A stretch of 50,095 nt of DNA from Octopus bimaculoides (lineage: Eukaryota): assembly GCF_001194135.2 (NCBI RefSeq), contig NC_068990.1, positions 12,301,769 through 12,351,863 on the forward strand. Direction: 5' to 3'. The notes beneath the pieces were generated by a model. The model was not told the DNA's origin, did no database searches, and saw only the letters and a list, made by a program, of their open reading frames with translations. Positions within the stretch are counted from its first letter, which is position 1. Each line of letters opens with the position of its first letter. Of this stretch, positions 10,306-21,260 are shown one piece after another. The position numbers and the translations under genes were made by a program.

Positions 10306-10829
10306 ACATCTATTTATATTTTAACAGTTCTGCCAATTCACCACGCGTAATAGCAATCATACACAAATACAATTGCTTGTGCAATACTTCTTTAACTTCA
10401 TCTTCCATCCTTCATATTTAATACAACTTAACTATGTCTGTTCCCTATCTTTTCCACTATGCATATATATATATATCTCCTACTATAAAACCCAGCTTTC
10501 AAAATCTTAGGTGTAACTGGTTTCTGGCTTTGTTATTTATCACACATGTTTGCTTGATTGATTAGTTGAATATCTGTTCTGGTGTATCAAGATCTACTGA
10601 GGATAGGAAATCAGTATTTTTTCCTTGTGTAGCCTTCTTTTGATTTTTGAAATGTTCATATTTTCCCAAGTTAATTGGATTCATTGCTTGGTTCTGCTCA
10701 TCATCTTATACACTGCTCCATCAAGAGAATTATGGTATTAGTTACATATGTGTGTGTGAAATATAGGAAAGCAACAGTTATATAACAATACAGTTTATTT
10801 CAGCAGTTGTATAAAATGCTTTCAAATAA

Positions 10830-11079
10830 GATGCATGTGCATGGTACGTATACATATATGCGCGTGTGCATCTGTGTGTGTGCTTGAGTGTGTGAGTGTG
10901 TATGTGTGTAGATAGATAAATATATAGAGAGCTAGAGAGATAGAGTGACGTATAATATAGTGAGATATGTGTATACAAATATATACATATATAAACACAT
11001 GTGCGAGTATGCACACACATATACATGTGTGTATGTCTGTTTATGAGTATATATATATACATCTGTGTGTGAATATACA

Positions 11080-11153
<74 letters not shown>

Positions 11154-11165
11154 CATATATATATA
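10830..11165. repeat. Compound TG/TA/GA microsatellite with a long pure (TA)n
   Basis: Seen directly. Confidence 0.95.
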
Positions 11166-11829
11166 GTTGGAATCAGAAAAACAACACAAAGATAATACAT
11201 GTACAGCTGTATATGAATGTATATAATGAAAACTGACATAAACCAGAAAAGGTGAAAGATATTGTTATATAGTAATGAAAGAAACGTTATTTCTTTAATT
11301 AGTTTTATTTTGTCTTTATATGCATTTGAAGTGGAGAATATTAAATTTTCCAAAAGAATTACTCAATCTAGAAAATTCTTCTTTGCTGCCGATTCCCCAT
11401 TATTCTGCAAGTTTTTCATTGAGAATATTTCAACTGACTCAGCTACATTATTGAAGATTTCAATTTTCGCAAATCTAATATCATATTAGGATTTTTATTT
11501 TCAATTTTATATAAATTTTTTGGTATGCTTTTGTACATTTTTTGGATCAGTATAATGTGTTCTGTAAATTTTTGTCATTTGCATATTGTTTGAAAAATTC
11601 CATAGCAGAATGTTTGCCCTGCCACTTGCATTTCAACCATGAAATAGGAGATGCTGTTAATGTTCTTCTCTCTTTTTTAGCCTCAGGTCAAGCCTATTGA
11701 ACCAGACTTATGATCAAAAGCTATGATCATCTCTTCTCTTTTTTTTTTTTTTGCTATTTTATCATGCACAGTGTATCTAGGACTACATTATATAATGCGT
11801 CCTTCATTATAATATGGAATCAATATGAC

Positions 11830-11990
11830 CGAATGGTTAAGCAGTTTATTATTGGTAGTCAAGAGGTTCTGGGTTTGATCCTACCGTGTGGTATTTTGAG
11901 AAAATGTCTTGATCATAAGGTGAGGCACCTTGAGCAAGTGTCGGTTACTCCAGTCATCAGTTAACCCAAACCCTAGGCAGAAACTATCAG
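11830..11990 (+). mobile_element. Degraded family A-like SINE head
   Basis: GGTTCTGGGTTTGATCC...GGCACCTTGAGCAAGTGTC. Confidence 0.45.
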
Positions 11991-12034
11991 GAATCCTTTG
12001 AATGGATTGTCAGATAGTGTCATACTGATTGTAT

Positions 12035-12200
12035 CATACAAGTAGTTTAGTTCGTTTCCAATCTTCCATGGAAACATGTCTGGTGATTTGGAAATAATAG
12101 CTTTCTTGGAAACAAGTAAAGGTTAGCAACAGGAAGAGGATCAAGCTGTAGAAATCTATCGCAACAAATACCATCTAATCCATGCGTGGAAAACAATGAT
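12035..12200 (+). mobile_element. Degraded D2 RTE-type 3' end
   Basis: AAACATGTCTGG...CTTGGAAACAAG...CAGGAAGAGGATCAAGCTGTAGAAA...CCATGC. Confidence 0.55.
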
Positions 12201-13172
12201 TTACAAGTAGGTAGACGTAGCCAGTGTCAAATACTGGGTTTTATGCCAGAAAATGAACTGCCAATCCCTTAGCTTGCTATCCAATATTCTTTTGAATTCA
12301 GCCACAAACAGCTTCTCATCTTATATTCATATTTATGGCAAATAACACATCATATACTCAGTCATCAAAGAAAATAGATGTAAACAAAGTCGAAACCCTA
12401 ATGAATACTAAATACTCTATTAAGTTATCTAATGTCACACACATCAGAATGGCTCTAAACTTAATTAAGATTAAGATCTCACCTTTAGCTTTGCTTTTCT
12501 GATTAAAGAGGACCCACCTCTGTTTCTAGTTTGCCATCATTATGAAGATCTCTATACCTTATCTCCAGGCTAGCATAGCATCAGCATTACCTTTCTCATT
12601 ATTCTTCAATATATTCAGTCTTCAGTTATTACTCAATTATACCTAACTATCAAACATTAAATCTAACTACATTACACAGCTTTACTTAAAGTATCTATTA
12701 CCTATTCTCCTTATATCAATTCTGTCAATCATATTCAACCTCAGCCAGCTTTTGACTATGTTGGTGTTGATACTTAACCCCCAGATCAGACCTAATTTAG
12801 CAGAAATATATTCGAAAATGTTCAATCCGTGGCCTTCCCTATTTCGGTTTTTCTTTTTTCTTTAAGTTATTAAAGAAAGGTTTTAGCTGAGACTATGATA
12901 TTCTGGAGAGATATGCTTCCTATTTCTGTGATATTATGTGTGATTTTAGGGAGATATTGGATTCTTCTTCAGCAAGTCAGGCAACCACATACAACTTCTA
13001 CCTTTTGTTCATATATTATATGCATACACACACACATATAGACTTATATATATCCTATATGCAAAGCAAAAATTCTTCTTGTCATCATCTCTACCAACCC
13101 CATTACTCAATTGATACTGTAGGAATAAAAAGCTGTGTTATTCTGTCACATTACTACTACTGCTGCTGCTGC

Positions 13173-13577
13173 TACTCTTTTACTCTTTTACTTGTTTCAG
13201 TCTTTTGACTGTGGCCATGCTGGAGCACCGCCTTTAGTCAAGCAAATCGACCCCAGGTCTTATTCTTTGGAAACCTAGTACTTATTCTATCAATCTGTTT
13301 TGCTGAACTGCTAAGTTACGGGGATGTAAACACACCAGCATCAGTTGTCAAGCGACTTTGGGGGGACAAACACAGATACACAAACACATACACACATACA
13401 CATATATATATATACATATAATATACGACGGGCTTCTTTCAGTTTCCCACTACCAAATCCACTCACAAGGCTTTGGTCGGCCCGAGACTATAGTAGAAGA
13501 CACTTGCCCAAGATGACACACAGTGGGACTGAACCTGGAACCATGTGATTGGTAAGCAAGCTTACCACACAGCCACT
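13173..13577 (-). mobile_element. Family A SINE, full length
   Basis: Reverse complement of the 2593-2995 element from the TACTCTTTTAC tail to the CCACACAGCCAC head. Confidence 0.9.
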
Positions 13578-13959
13578 GTACATATCAAAGGTGATTTTGG
13601 AAACAGGAGAAGATAAAACCAAAAATAAGACATAAAGATCAGTGACAAAAGAAAATAGAAAACAATACACTTTGAACAAAGTCCTTCGTGATGCTTGTTC
13701 TGCATCAAGTTACAGACACTCCCATGAAACTTTTCTTGTCCCCTACATCCCACCACCACCTCCACCATCATTAGAAATGTAATAAATCAGGTGATTGGCC
13801 TATTAGAATTCTGTAACTAATGAAGCTATTGTTCAATAATTGCACCAAAAAAATAAATCATTAAAAATAAAATAAATTATCAAATCAACCAATTATATTA
13901 CAGTTTTTTTTTTGTTTGCTTTCTTTTGTTTCTCGGGGATTTTTTTTTTTTTTTTTTTT

Positions 13960-14636
13960 NNNNNNNNNNNNNNNNNNNNNNNNNNNNNNNNNNNNNNNNN
14001 NNNNNNNNNNNNNNNNNNNNNNNNNNNNNNNNNNNNNNNNNNNNNNNNNNNNNNNNNNNNNNNNNNNNNNNNNNNNNNNNNNNNNNNNNNNNNNNNNNNN
14101 NNNNNNNNNNNNNNNNNNNNNNNNNNNNNNNNNNNNNNNNNNNNNNNNNNNNNNNNNNNNNNNNNNNNNNNNNNNNNNNNNNNNNNNNNNNNNNNNNNNN
14201 NNNNNNNNNNNNNNNNNNNNNNNNNNNNNNNNNNNNNNNNNNNNNNNNNNNNNNNNNNNNNNNNNNNNNNNNNNNNNNNNNNNNNNNNNNNNNNNNNNNN
14301 NNNNNNNNNNNNNNNNNNNNNNNNNNNNNNNNNNNNNNNNNNNNNNNNNNNNNNNNNNNNNNNNNNNNNNNNNNNNNNNNNNNNNNNNNNNNNNNNNNNN
14401 NNNNNNNNNNNNNNNNNNNNNNNNNNNNNNNNNNNNNNNNNNNNNNNNNNNNNNNNNNNNNNNNNNNNNNNNNNNNNNNNNNNNNNNNNNNNNNNNNNNN
14501 NNNNNNNNNNNNNNNNNNNNNNNNNNNNNNNNNNNNNNNNNNNNNNNNNNNNNNNNNNNNNNNNNNNNNNNNNNNNNNNNNNNNNNNNNNNNNNNNNNNN
14601 NNNNNNNNNNNNNNNNNNNNNNNNNNNNNNNNNNNN
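13960..14636. other. Assembly gap (others: 7474-8139, 19032-19175, 19497-19506, 24106-24843, 26862-27331, 42409-43271)
   Basis: Runs of N; poly-X ORFs across them are artefacts. Confidence 1.
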
Positions 14637-14762
14637 CCTACATTAAGGGTACACGTGTCTGTGGAGTGCTCAACCACTTGCACGTTAATTTCACGAGCAG
14701 GCTGTTCCGTTGATTGGATCAACTGGAACCCTCATCGTCATAACCAACAGAGTGCCAACAAC
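14637..14762 (+). mobile_element. Family B SINE 3' part, 5' part lost in the gap
   Basis: TTAAGGGTACACGTGTCTGTGGAGTGCTC...GAGTGCCAACAAC nearly identical to 2037-2156. Confidence 0.9.
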
Positions 14763-14769
14763 ATGTAAG

Positions 14770-14806
<37 letters not shown>

Positions 14807-14960
14807 CATCATCATCATCATCATTTAACGTCCATTTACCGTGCTGGCATGGGTCAGATGGTTTGAGAGGAGCCGGCCAAGCAGAAGCCTGTACCAGACT
14901 TCTGTGACTGTTTTGGCAGGATTTTTACTGCTGGATGCCCTTCCTAACACCAACCACACA
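14807..14960 (-). mobile_element. Family D1 RTE 3' end
   Basis: (CAT)nTTAACGTCC...GCTGGATGCCCTTCCTAACACCAACCAC. Confidence 0.8.
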
Positions 14961-15111
14961 TCAGTGTGTATTGTGTTGGTGTTCACCACATTGAAATCAA
15001 TAATGTAATAAAATTTTAAAGGAAATTAGATTTAAATATAAGTGGTTTATATGGGTGGTTATATAGGAGGGCTGATATTAAAAGGTGTGAAGAGTTTAGA
15101 TAACGGAATAT

Positions 15112-15495
15112 AGAGTGCATGCATGGCTGTGTGGTGAAGAAGCTCACTTTGCAATTGTGTGGTTTCAGGTTTGGTCCTATGGCACAACACCTTGAGCAAG
15201 TGTCTATAACAGGCCAAGCAATGCTTTGTGAGTGAATTTTGTCGATGGAAACTGTATAGAAGCCCATCATATATATGTGAGCGTGTATGTGTTTGTGTGT
15301 GTGTGTTTTTGTGTTTGTGTTTGCCACGACCTTACCAATGTTTGACAGCCAGTATTGGTTTATTTATGTCCCCATAATTTAGTGGTTCAGCAAGAGAGAG
15401 TGAGATCAATTTGTTTGACCAAAACCTTCAAGGGTGATACCCCAGCATTGCTGCAATCCAATGGCAGAAACAAGTAAAATGTAAAAGATAAAAGA
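15112..15495 (+). mobile_element. Family A SINE, diverged
   Basis: TGGCTGTGTGG head, CACCTTGAGCAAGTGTC, internal TG tract, CCCCAGCATTG...GAAACAAGTAAAA tail. Confidence 0.8.
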
Positions 15496-15519
15496 TAGAT
15501 TAGTATCCAGTAGCATATC

Positions 15520-15968
15520 TCTACAAATAATTATTTCTACCGTTGGCAGAAGGCTTTAAATTTTCAAGGAAGGAATAGAAGTCAATTTAATAGAATCCAG
15601 TATTTGACAGATACTTTCTCAACCTCTGAAAGATGAAAGTCAATGATGACACTGATAGGATTTTAACTCAACATGCAAAGCACTATAATTAAATCCTGCA
15701 CAGCAATTTCTTCGTCGTTCTACAATTCTGCTAACTCTGTGCTTAACTAAGGGTTTCAAATTTTTGGTACAAAGCCAGCAGTTTTTGAAGGGATGGGGAA
15801 GTCAATAACATCAACCCCTGTACTTGATTGATATTATTTTATCAACCCTAGAATGATGAAAGGTAAAAAACAATTTCAGCAGAATTTGAGCTTAGAACAT
15901 AAAGACAGATGAAATGCTGGTAAGCATTCTGCGTGTTGTGTTAACAATTCTTCTAACTTGCTGCCTTG
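15520..15968 (-). mobile_element. Head-to-tail dimer of diverged family C SINEs
   Basis: Two successive reverse-complement C bodies: GATGAAAG...TTAACTCAAC and GATGAAAGG...GAATTTGAGCTTAGAACATAAAGACAGATGAAATGC. Confidence 0.7.
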
Positions 15969-16014
15969 CTCTGTGCTTATGTAATAGTAATAAAGAACTT
16001 CTCAAGACCACAAT

Positions 16015-16180
16015 GTTGCTTTAGCCCTGGGTCAGCCTTCACTGAGGAAACCTATGATCAAAAGCATTCCAGATTTGACTATCATAGTATATCTACTCTA
16101 GTGTATTCTTCCTTTTCAAAGATATGATCTGAGTAAGATTTGGCTGTTATTTCTTGCAGATTATGCCACTGCAAACAAGT
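16015..16180 (-). mobile_element. Family F interspersed repeat (SINE/LINE-tail-like)
   Basis: TTTAGCCCTGGGTCAGCC...CTATGATCAAAAGCATTCCAG is the reverse of the GCTGACCTGGGGCTAAA tail seen at 25240-25475 and 39700-39905. Further degraded copies near 11675, 12750 and 46360. Confidence 0.6.
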
Positions 16181-17489
16181 GTCTTTCATTTTGTCCAGTT
16201 AGCTTCAAATTTCTCTTCAGGCAAGGTTGAGCAGAAGACCACAAAGCTTTCAAATCATCTAACCCAAGCCAGCATGGAAAACAGATAATCATGACCATGA
16301 TGATAATCATGGTCATGATTATCATCAGAATAAACATCTTTTTTTTTTTACTTTTTTTTACCGGATATCATGTCTTTTTGAAAGATAAATGTTTTATCAA
16401 CCACAAAACAGGAAAAGCCCTGAAGATGAACTTGGGTGATAGCCAGATCTACCTTACACATAATAACTACTGTTTAACACAGCACGTTAGCAATGCCAGG
16501 ATACTGCACAAATGAATGCAGGATGGGTTTGTCACTATATGGGCATCACAGATAAGTCTGGCTCATGGCACTACCATGCCTGTAGAATTTGTCTCAAACT
16601 GGCAACACCCTACCAGCACCAACGCCCAACCTTGCTAACAGTGCTAGACCAGGAATTTCTGAAAATTTTCCATAGTTAGTCTTCTTCTTGAAAATCCTTT
16701 AAAAAAAGGCTATTCAGTAAAACTTCCCTGATGTTTTGAATCAGTCCTAGAACGACATCACTCTCACCCACCACTAACCCTCTGCGGAATATGAAGATTG
16801 GCATAATGCAGACCACGTAACCCAACTAGTAGAGAACTGAGAGCACCTGTCAATAATGGTAATAATTACAATATCTCTAACATAACAACAATAATAGCAA
16901 CGGTAGTAATAGTGATAAATATTCAACTCCCTGTTGTATTTCTGCATCAAGAAATTTTAGGATTTAGAATTTTATAGTTGGGTGCCATGTCTGTGCTTCA
17001 GATTTAGTGGTGTATACAAGCTGTTGTCATTTCATCAGTCAACTTTTATGGCAGGTAAATGGCAGGCTGTACTATAGTAAATCAGTAAAATGCGGGTTTA
17101 TTGCTTGTACAAATAGATTTTCCCTGCAACTAGAAATTGAATTATTACTATAGTTTGATACTGCTTAGTTTCAGTGAGGTAATGCATGCAGATGTTTCAG
17201 AATTAATTGAGCATGTCATGTCATGTTTATACATGCCCATATGTATGTGTGCATATGCATACACACACGCACAGCTAGTCCTGTGTACACACTTACAAAA
17301 GCAAACACATGTACACATACACACTTCTGTATGTATATACAGACATGTACATACACATGTACATACACACTGTGCACATTTAGATGTTTCTCTTTGCTCA
17401 CATATGTCTGTATGTTCATACTCATACCAAATTCCGAAATAAAGCAGACGTACGCATGAATAGATGCACGTATGTGTACATAAGCAATG

Positions 17490-17785
17490 TGGCTGATGTC
17501 GGTGCCACTTGACTGGCACCCGTGCTGGTGGAATATAAAAAGCACCATACAAGTGTGGTCAATGCCAGTGCTGCTTGACTGGCCCCCGATGCTGGTGGCA
17601 CGTAAAGAGCACCTACCACACTCTTGGAATGGTTGGTATTAGGAAGGGCATCCAGCTGTAGATCAGTTTGTTTGAACCAGATCAGATTGGAGCCTGGTGC
17701 AGCATCCTGGCTTGCCAGTGTTCAGTCAAATCGTCCAACCCATGCCAGCATGGAAAATAGACGTTAATGATGATAAGGATAATGA
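17490..17785 (+). mobile_element. Family D1 RTE 3' end with two upstream motif units
   Basis: GTGCTGGTGGAATATAAAAAGCACC and ATGCTGGTGGCACGTAAAGAGCACC, TTAGGAAGGGCATCCAGCTGTAG, CCATGCCAGCATGG, GAT-rich tail. Confidence 0.85.
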
Positions 17786-17804
17786 TATATATATTGTTCT
17801 TTTA

Positions 17805-17982
17805 CAAGAATGTCATTGATAGTGACTTTGAAGTTTTGGCCAGCTAAGCCGTTACCAGATTGCAAAGCATTAGAGGTAGTTTTGCGTTTATATTGTCTCT
17901 GTTGAGTTAAAAATCATCTTTGAGTGTGTGAGTTTATGATGGTTAGCTGGCTAAAACTTCGAAGTAGTTGTCAACATTCTTG
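17805..17982. repeat. Imperfect ~45-bp inverted repeat, possible MITE/foldback
   Basis: CAAGAATGT...ACTTTGAAGTTTTGGCCAGCTAAGCC (17805-17849) against GGTTAGCTGGCTAAAACTTCGAAGT...ACATTCTTG (17941-17982). Confidence 0.75.
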
Positions 17983-18107
17983 GATGAGTATAAGAAAAAT
18001 AAAGTTGTACTCTACGAAAATATAGAATAATCCATCAGATTAATATAAAATTGTTTTTACTATAACTAAACATAACAACAAACAATATATATATATGTAT
18101 ATATATA

Positions 18108-18358
18108 CAATAATCCCTTGCCATATCATGGTTCACCTATCACCATTCACCTATTGCTGTTCGCCTATTGCAGTTTATTATTTAAGCTTGTGTTGATTCC
18201 TCCGTGGTGTTGTTTTGCATTTTTAATAAAATGAATATATATACAAATTATGAAAATAATAAAAAAATATACAATACAGTACTGTTTGTACATAGTGGAT
18301 TTTCACTTATCACAGGGGTTTCTAGAATGTAACACCCATGATTGTCGAGAGATTACTG
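18108..18358. mobile_element. Tigger/pogo-like MITE
   Basis: TA-CAATAATCCCTTG ... CGAGAGATTACTG-TA termini (CAGT-type TIR, TA TSD on both sides); three internal TTC(A/G)CCTAT repeats. Confidence 0.75.
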
Positions 18359-18485
18359 TATAGCTTTAGACCAAACAACACCCAAACACAAATAAAATCG
18401 AAAATCAACCAGCCCAGAATATATTTCTACTCCTGTGGTAGAGCTTTGCTTTGGAATGATCTTGGGAGATATTCTCCTAGATTGT

Positions 18486-18610
18486 TAGAAACTTTTCCAG
18501 ATCGGATTGGAGCCTGGTGCAGCCTTCTGGCTTGCCAGCCCTCAGTCAAACCGTACAACCCATGCTAGCATGGAAAGTGGACGTTAAACGATGGTAATGA
18601 TGATGGTAAT
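18486..18610 (+). mobile_element. Short D1 RTE 3' end
   Basis: TAGAAAC...GGAGCCTGGTGCAGCC...CCATGCTAGCATGGAAAGTGGACGTTAAACGATG. Confidence 0.85.
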
Positions 18611-18649
18611 CTTTACAAAGCAATTCACAGAAAGACCAGTAAAAGGAGA

Positions 18650-18780
18650 GGATGTCGAGGTGGCAGAAACTGTGATGGAATTGACCACGTGTCTAAGTGT
18701 GTTTAGTGTTACTTCGCTACATTAAGAGTTCAAATTCTGCCAAAGTCAACATGGCCTTTTCATCTTTTGAGACTTAAGAG
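18650..18780 (+). mobile_element. Family C SINE 5' fragment
   Basis: GGCAGAAAC...GAGTTCAAATTCTGCCAAAGTCAAC...CCTTTTCATC. Confidence 0.6.
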
Positions 18781-19175
18781 AACAACTACTAGATCATTTA
18801 TTATTTACTGATATTTATTCAAGCCCTTCTCTGTATGGACACAGTTCTGGCTCTGTGTCAATGCAAGAGACCATTATTATAAAGAAGTAGAAGAAACACA
18901 ATTTGTATGACACAAATATATGAAGACCTATCAATATTGTAATGAATGATTAAGAGAACTATCTAAACGGCATATGTGTTGTAGACTTATGAACTACATT
19001 GTGTGTGTGTGTATATGTGTGTATAGATCGGNNNNNNNNNNNNNNNNNNNNNNNNNNNNNNNNNNNNNNNNNNNNNNNNNNNNNNNNNNNNNNNNNNNNN
19101 NNNNNNNNNNNNNNNNNNNNNNNNNNNNNNNNNNNNNNNNNNNNNNNNNNNNNNNNNNNNNNNNNNNNNNNNNNN

Positions 19176-19257
<82 letters not shown>

Positions 19258-19414
19258 GAGTAAGATATAGAAGTAATCCCTATGCATATGATTGCAGGCC
19301 TAGAGGGTTTCTTTGTAGTTTCTTCACTGAAGATATATGCAGATGAGAATATTTTCTTCAAAAAGATTTGGTTCTATTTGTAGCAAAGTTTTATCTTTGC
19401 AGGCATAACCATTT

Positions 19415-19442
19415 TTACTACTACTACTACTACTTACTACTT

Positions 19443-19496
<54 letters not shown>

Positions 19497-19510
19497 NNNN
19501 NNNNNNACTT

Positions 19511-19570
<60 letters not shown>

Positions 19571-19710
19571 ACGCCACCACCACCACCGCTACCACCACCA
19601 CCACTACCACCACCACTATCACCACCACCACTACCACCACCACCACTACCGCCACCACTATCACCACCACCACTACCACACAACAGTCATCATAATCATC
19701 ATCATCATAT
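19415..19710. repeat. (TAC)n to CAC/TAC/CAT trinucleotide mosaic with a 10-N gap
   Basis: Seen directly. Confidence 0.95.
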
Positions 19711-20058
19711 TCTTTTTTTAAAATTCTTTTACATCTTTAAACATAGAAATGTTGCGGCTGTGCTATGCAGAAAAATCTGTCATGACTAGAATATACTAGA
19801 ATGCTTTAGGGGGAGGGGGAGTGGAAAGAGTGAGGAGATGTGAAGCAGTGTATGTTTAGACAAACATAAGAAAGGGTTGTTATTTTGCCAACAGTTTACC
19901 TGAAACTTGAGACACACTGACAAAATTAGGAGGTAAATAATTTGGAAGCTTCTCAGCTTCAATTTTTATTTTTCTCACTCCCCTCTCAACTGCTCAACTC
20001 AAACATTTGATGGGATAAGTATAATTACAAATTCAGGTACATAATTTGAGACCATAAC

Positions 20059-20093
<35 letters not shown>

Positions 20094-20154
20094 CTTTGAT
20101 CTGGCTGTCATGTTGACTTGGTGACAATGTCACTCATAGTTATTTTTTGTTCTT

Positions 20155-20432
20155 TCTTGAGCCATACCTTGCTCGTAAGGGCCAGTTTCCTGGTTTCCTT
20201 TGTGTATAGGTTCCCCACCTGGATGGAACACCAGTCTGTCACAGGTGAGCTGCTAGATGCAGGAGGAAAGAGTGAGGGAAAGTTGTGATGAAAGAGTCCA
20301 CAAAAGTTCGCTGGAGCTGCGTGGAGCTTAGGTGTTTCGCTCATAAACACTCGCATCGCCCGATCTGAGATTCGAACCTGCAATCCCTTGACAGAAAGTC
20401 TACTGCTTTAATCACTAGGCCATGTGCCTCCA
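20155..20432 (-). mobile_element. Chimeric tRNA-derived SINE: family B head and body with a family E-like tail
   Basis: 20260-20432 matches 1774-1965; 20165-20245 matches 3769-3845. Confidence 0.75.
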
Positions 20433-20462
20433 CAATTTCACTCATTAGTAGTTAGTAATATT

Positions 20463-20580
20463 AGTCTCAAATTTTGACACAAGGCCTGCAATTTCAGAGG
20501 AGGGAGATAAGTAAATTACTTTGACCTCAATGTTCAACTGGTACTTATTTTATCGATTCCAAAAGGATGAAAGACAAAGC
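20463..20580 (-). mobile_element. Family C SINE 3' half
   Basis: CAAATTTTGACACAAGGCC...CTGGTACTTATTTTATCGATTCCAAAAGGATGAAAGACAAAG. Confidence 0.75.
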
Positions 20581-20661
20581 AAGCATGTATTTGGGACAAC
20601 ATGCTGTGTCGCTAGGGACAACAAGCATGTATTTGGGACATGCTGTGAAGCTGGGGACAAC
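20581..20661. repeat. Two-copy ~40-bp tandem repeat
   Basis: AAGCATGTATTTGGGACA(A)CATGCTGTG..GCT.GGGACAAC at 20581-20622 and 20623-20661. Confidence 0.85.
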
Positions 20662-20817
20662 ATGTGATATATCTGGCACAATATGCAATGATATAGTTGG
20701 TATAACATCACTAGTTCTGACTCCAGTCTTGTTTATATTACATCCATAAAAAGAATTACGTTCATTACTGAAAGCAAACAAAGCATATTAATTATAGTGT
20801 AATGTAGTGGGGGGGGG

Positions 20818-21260
20818 GGATAGAATGCCGTATTGAATTCAATTACTTCCCTTTACATTCTGAATTTGAATTCTGCAAAGGTCAGCTTTGTGGTTCATCT
20901 TTCTGTGGGTTGTTAGAATAAGTATTAGTGAAATATAGAGATCAATATAATCAATGATTCTCCAAACTCCTAAATGTGAAGTGTTGTGACTACCTTATGT
21001 GAGGCTTTGAAGTTATGTTAGAAATCAAATATAGTTGTCCAGACAGCAGTGAGTATCAGAATCAATAGAGCAATAGAAAATTACTTTATGATAATTAGTT
21101 GTAACCTTTTATGTTCTGAGTTCAAATCTCACCAGGATCAGCTTTCACTTTTATCTTCCAGGGCCAGTGAAATAAATAGCAAGTATGTCCTAAAGATTGA
21201 TTAAATTGAAAATACCTTTGTCATAGATTTGTGACTTTGTGGCTTTTTTCTAAAATAATT
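20818..21260 (+). mobile_element. Two degraded family C SINEs in tandem
   Basis: TTCTGAATTTGAATTCTGC and TTCTGAGTTCAAATCTC cores, each followed by a GCTTT...CATC/TATC domain. Confidence 0.55.

Noticed and set aside
12470-12750. Possible CR1/L2-like LINE remnant (similar patches near 16530-16860 and 21290-21540)
   Set aside because: No conserved peptide motif could be reconstructed by eye.
20581-20661. CRISPR-like repeat-spacer pattern (also considered at 4-75 and 41228-41460)
   Set aside because: Eukaryotic context, only 2-3 units, no unique equal-length spacers and no cas genes.
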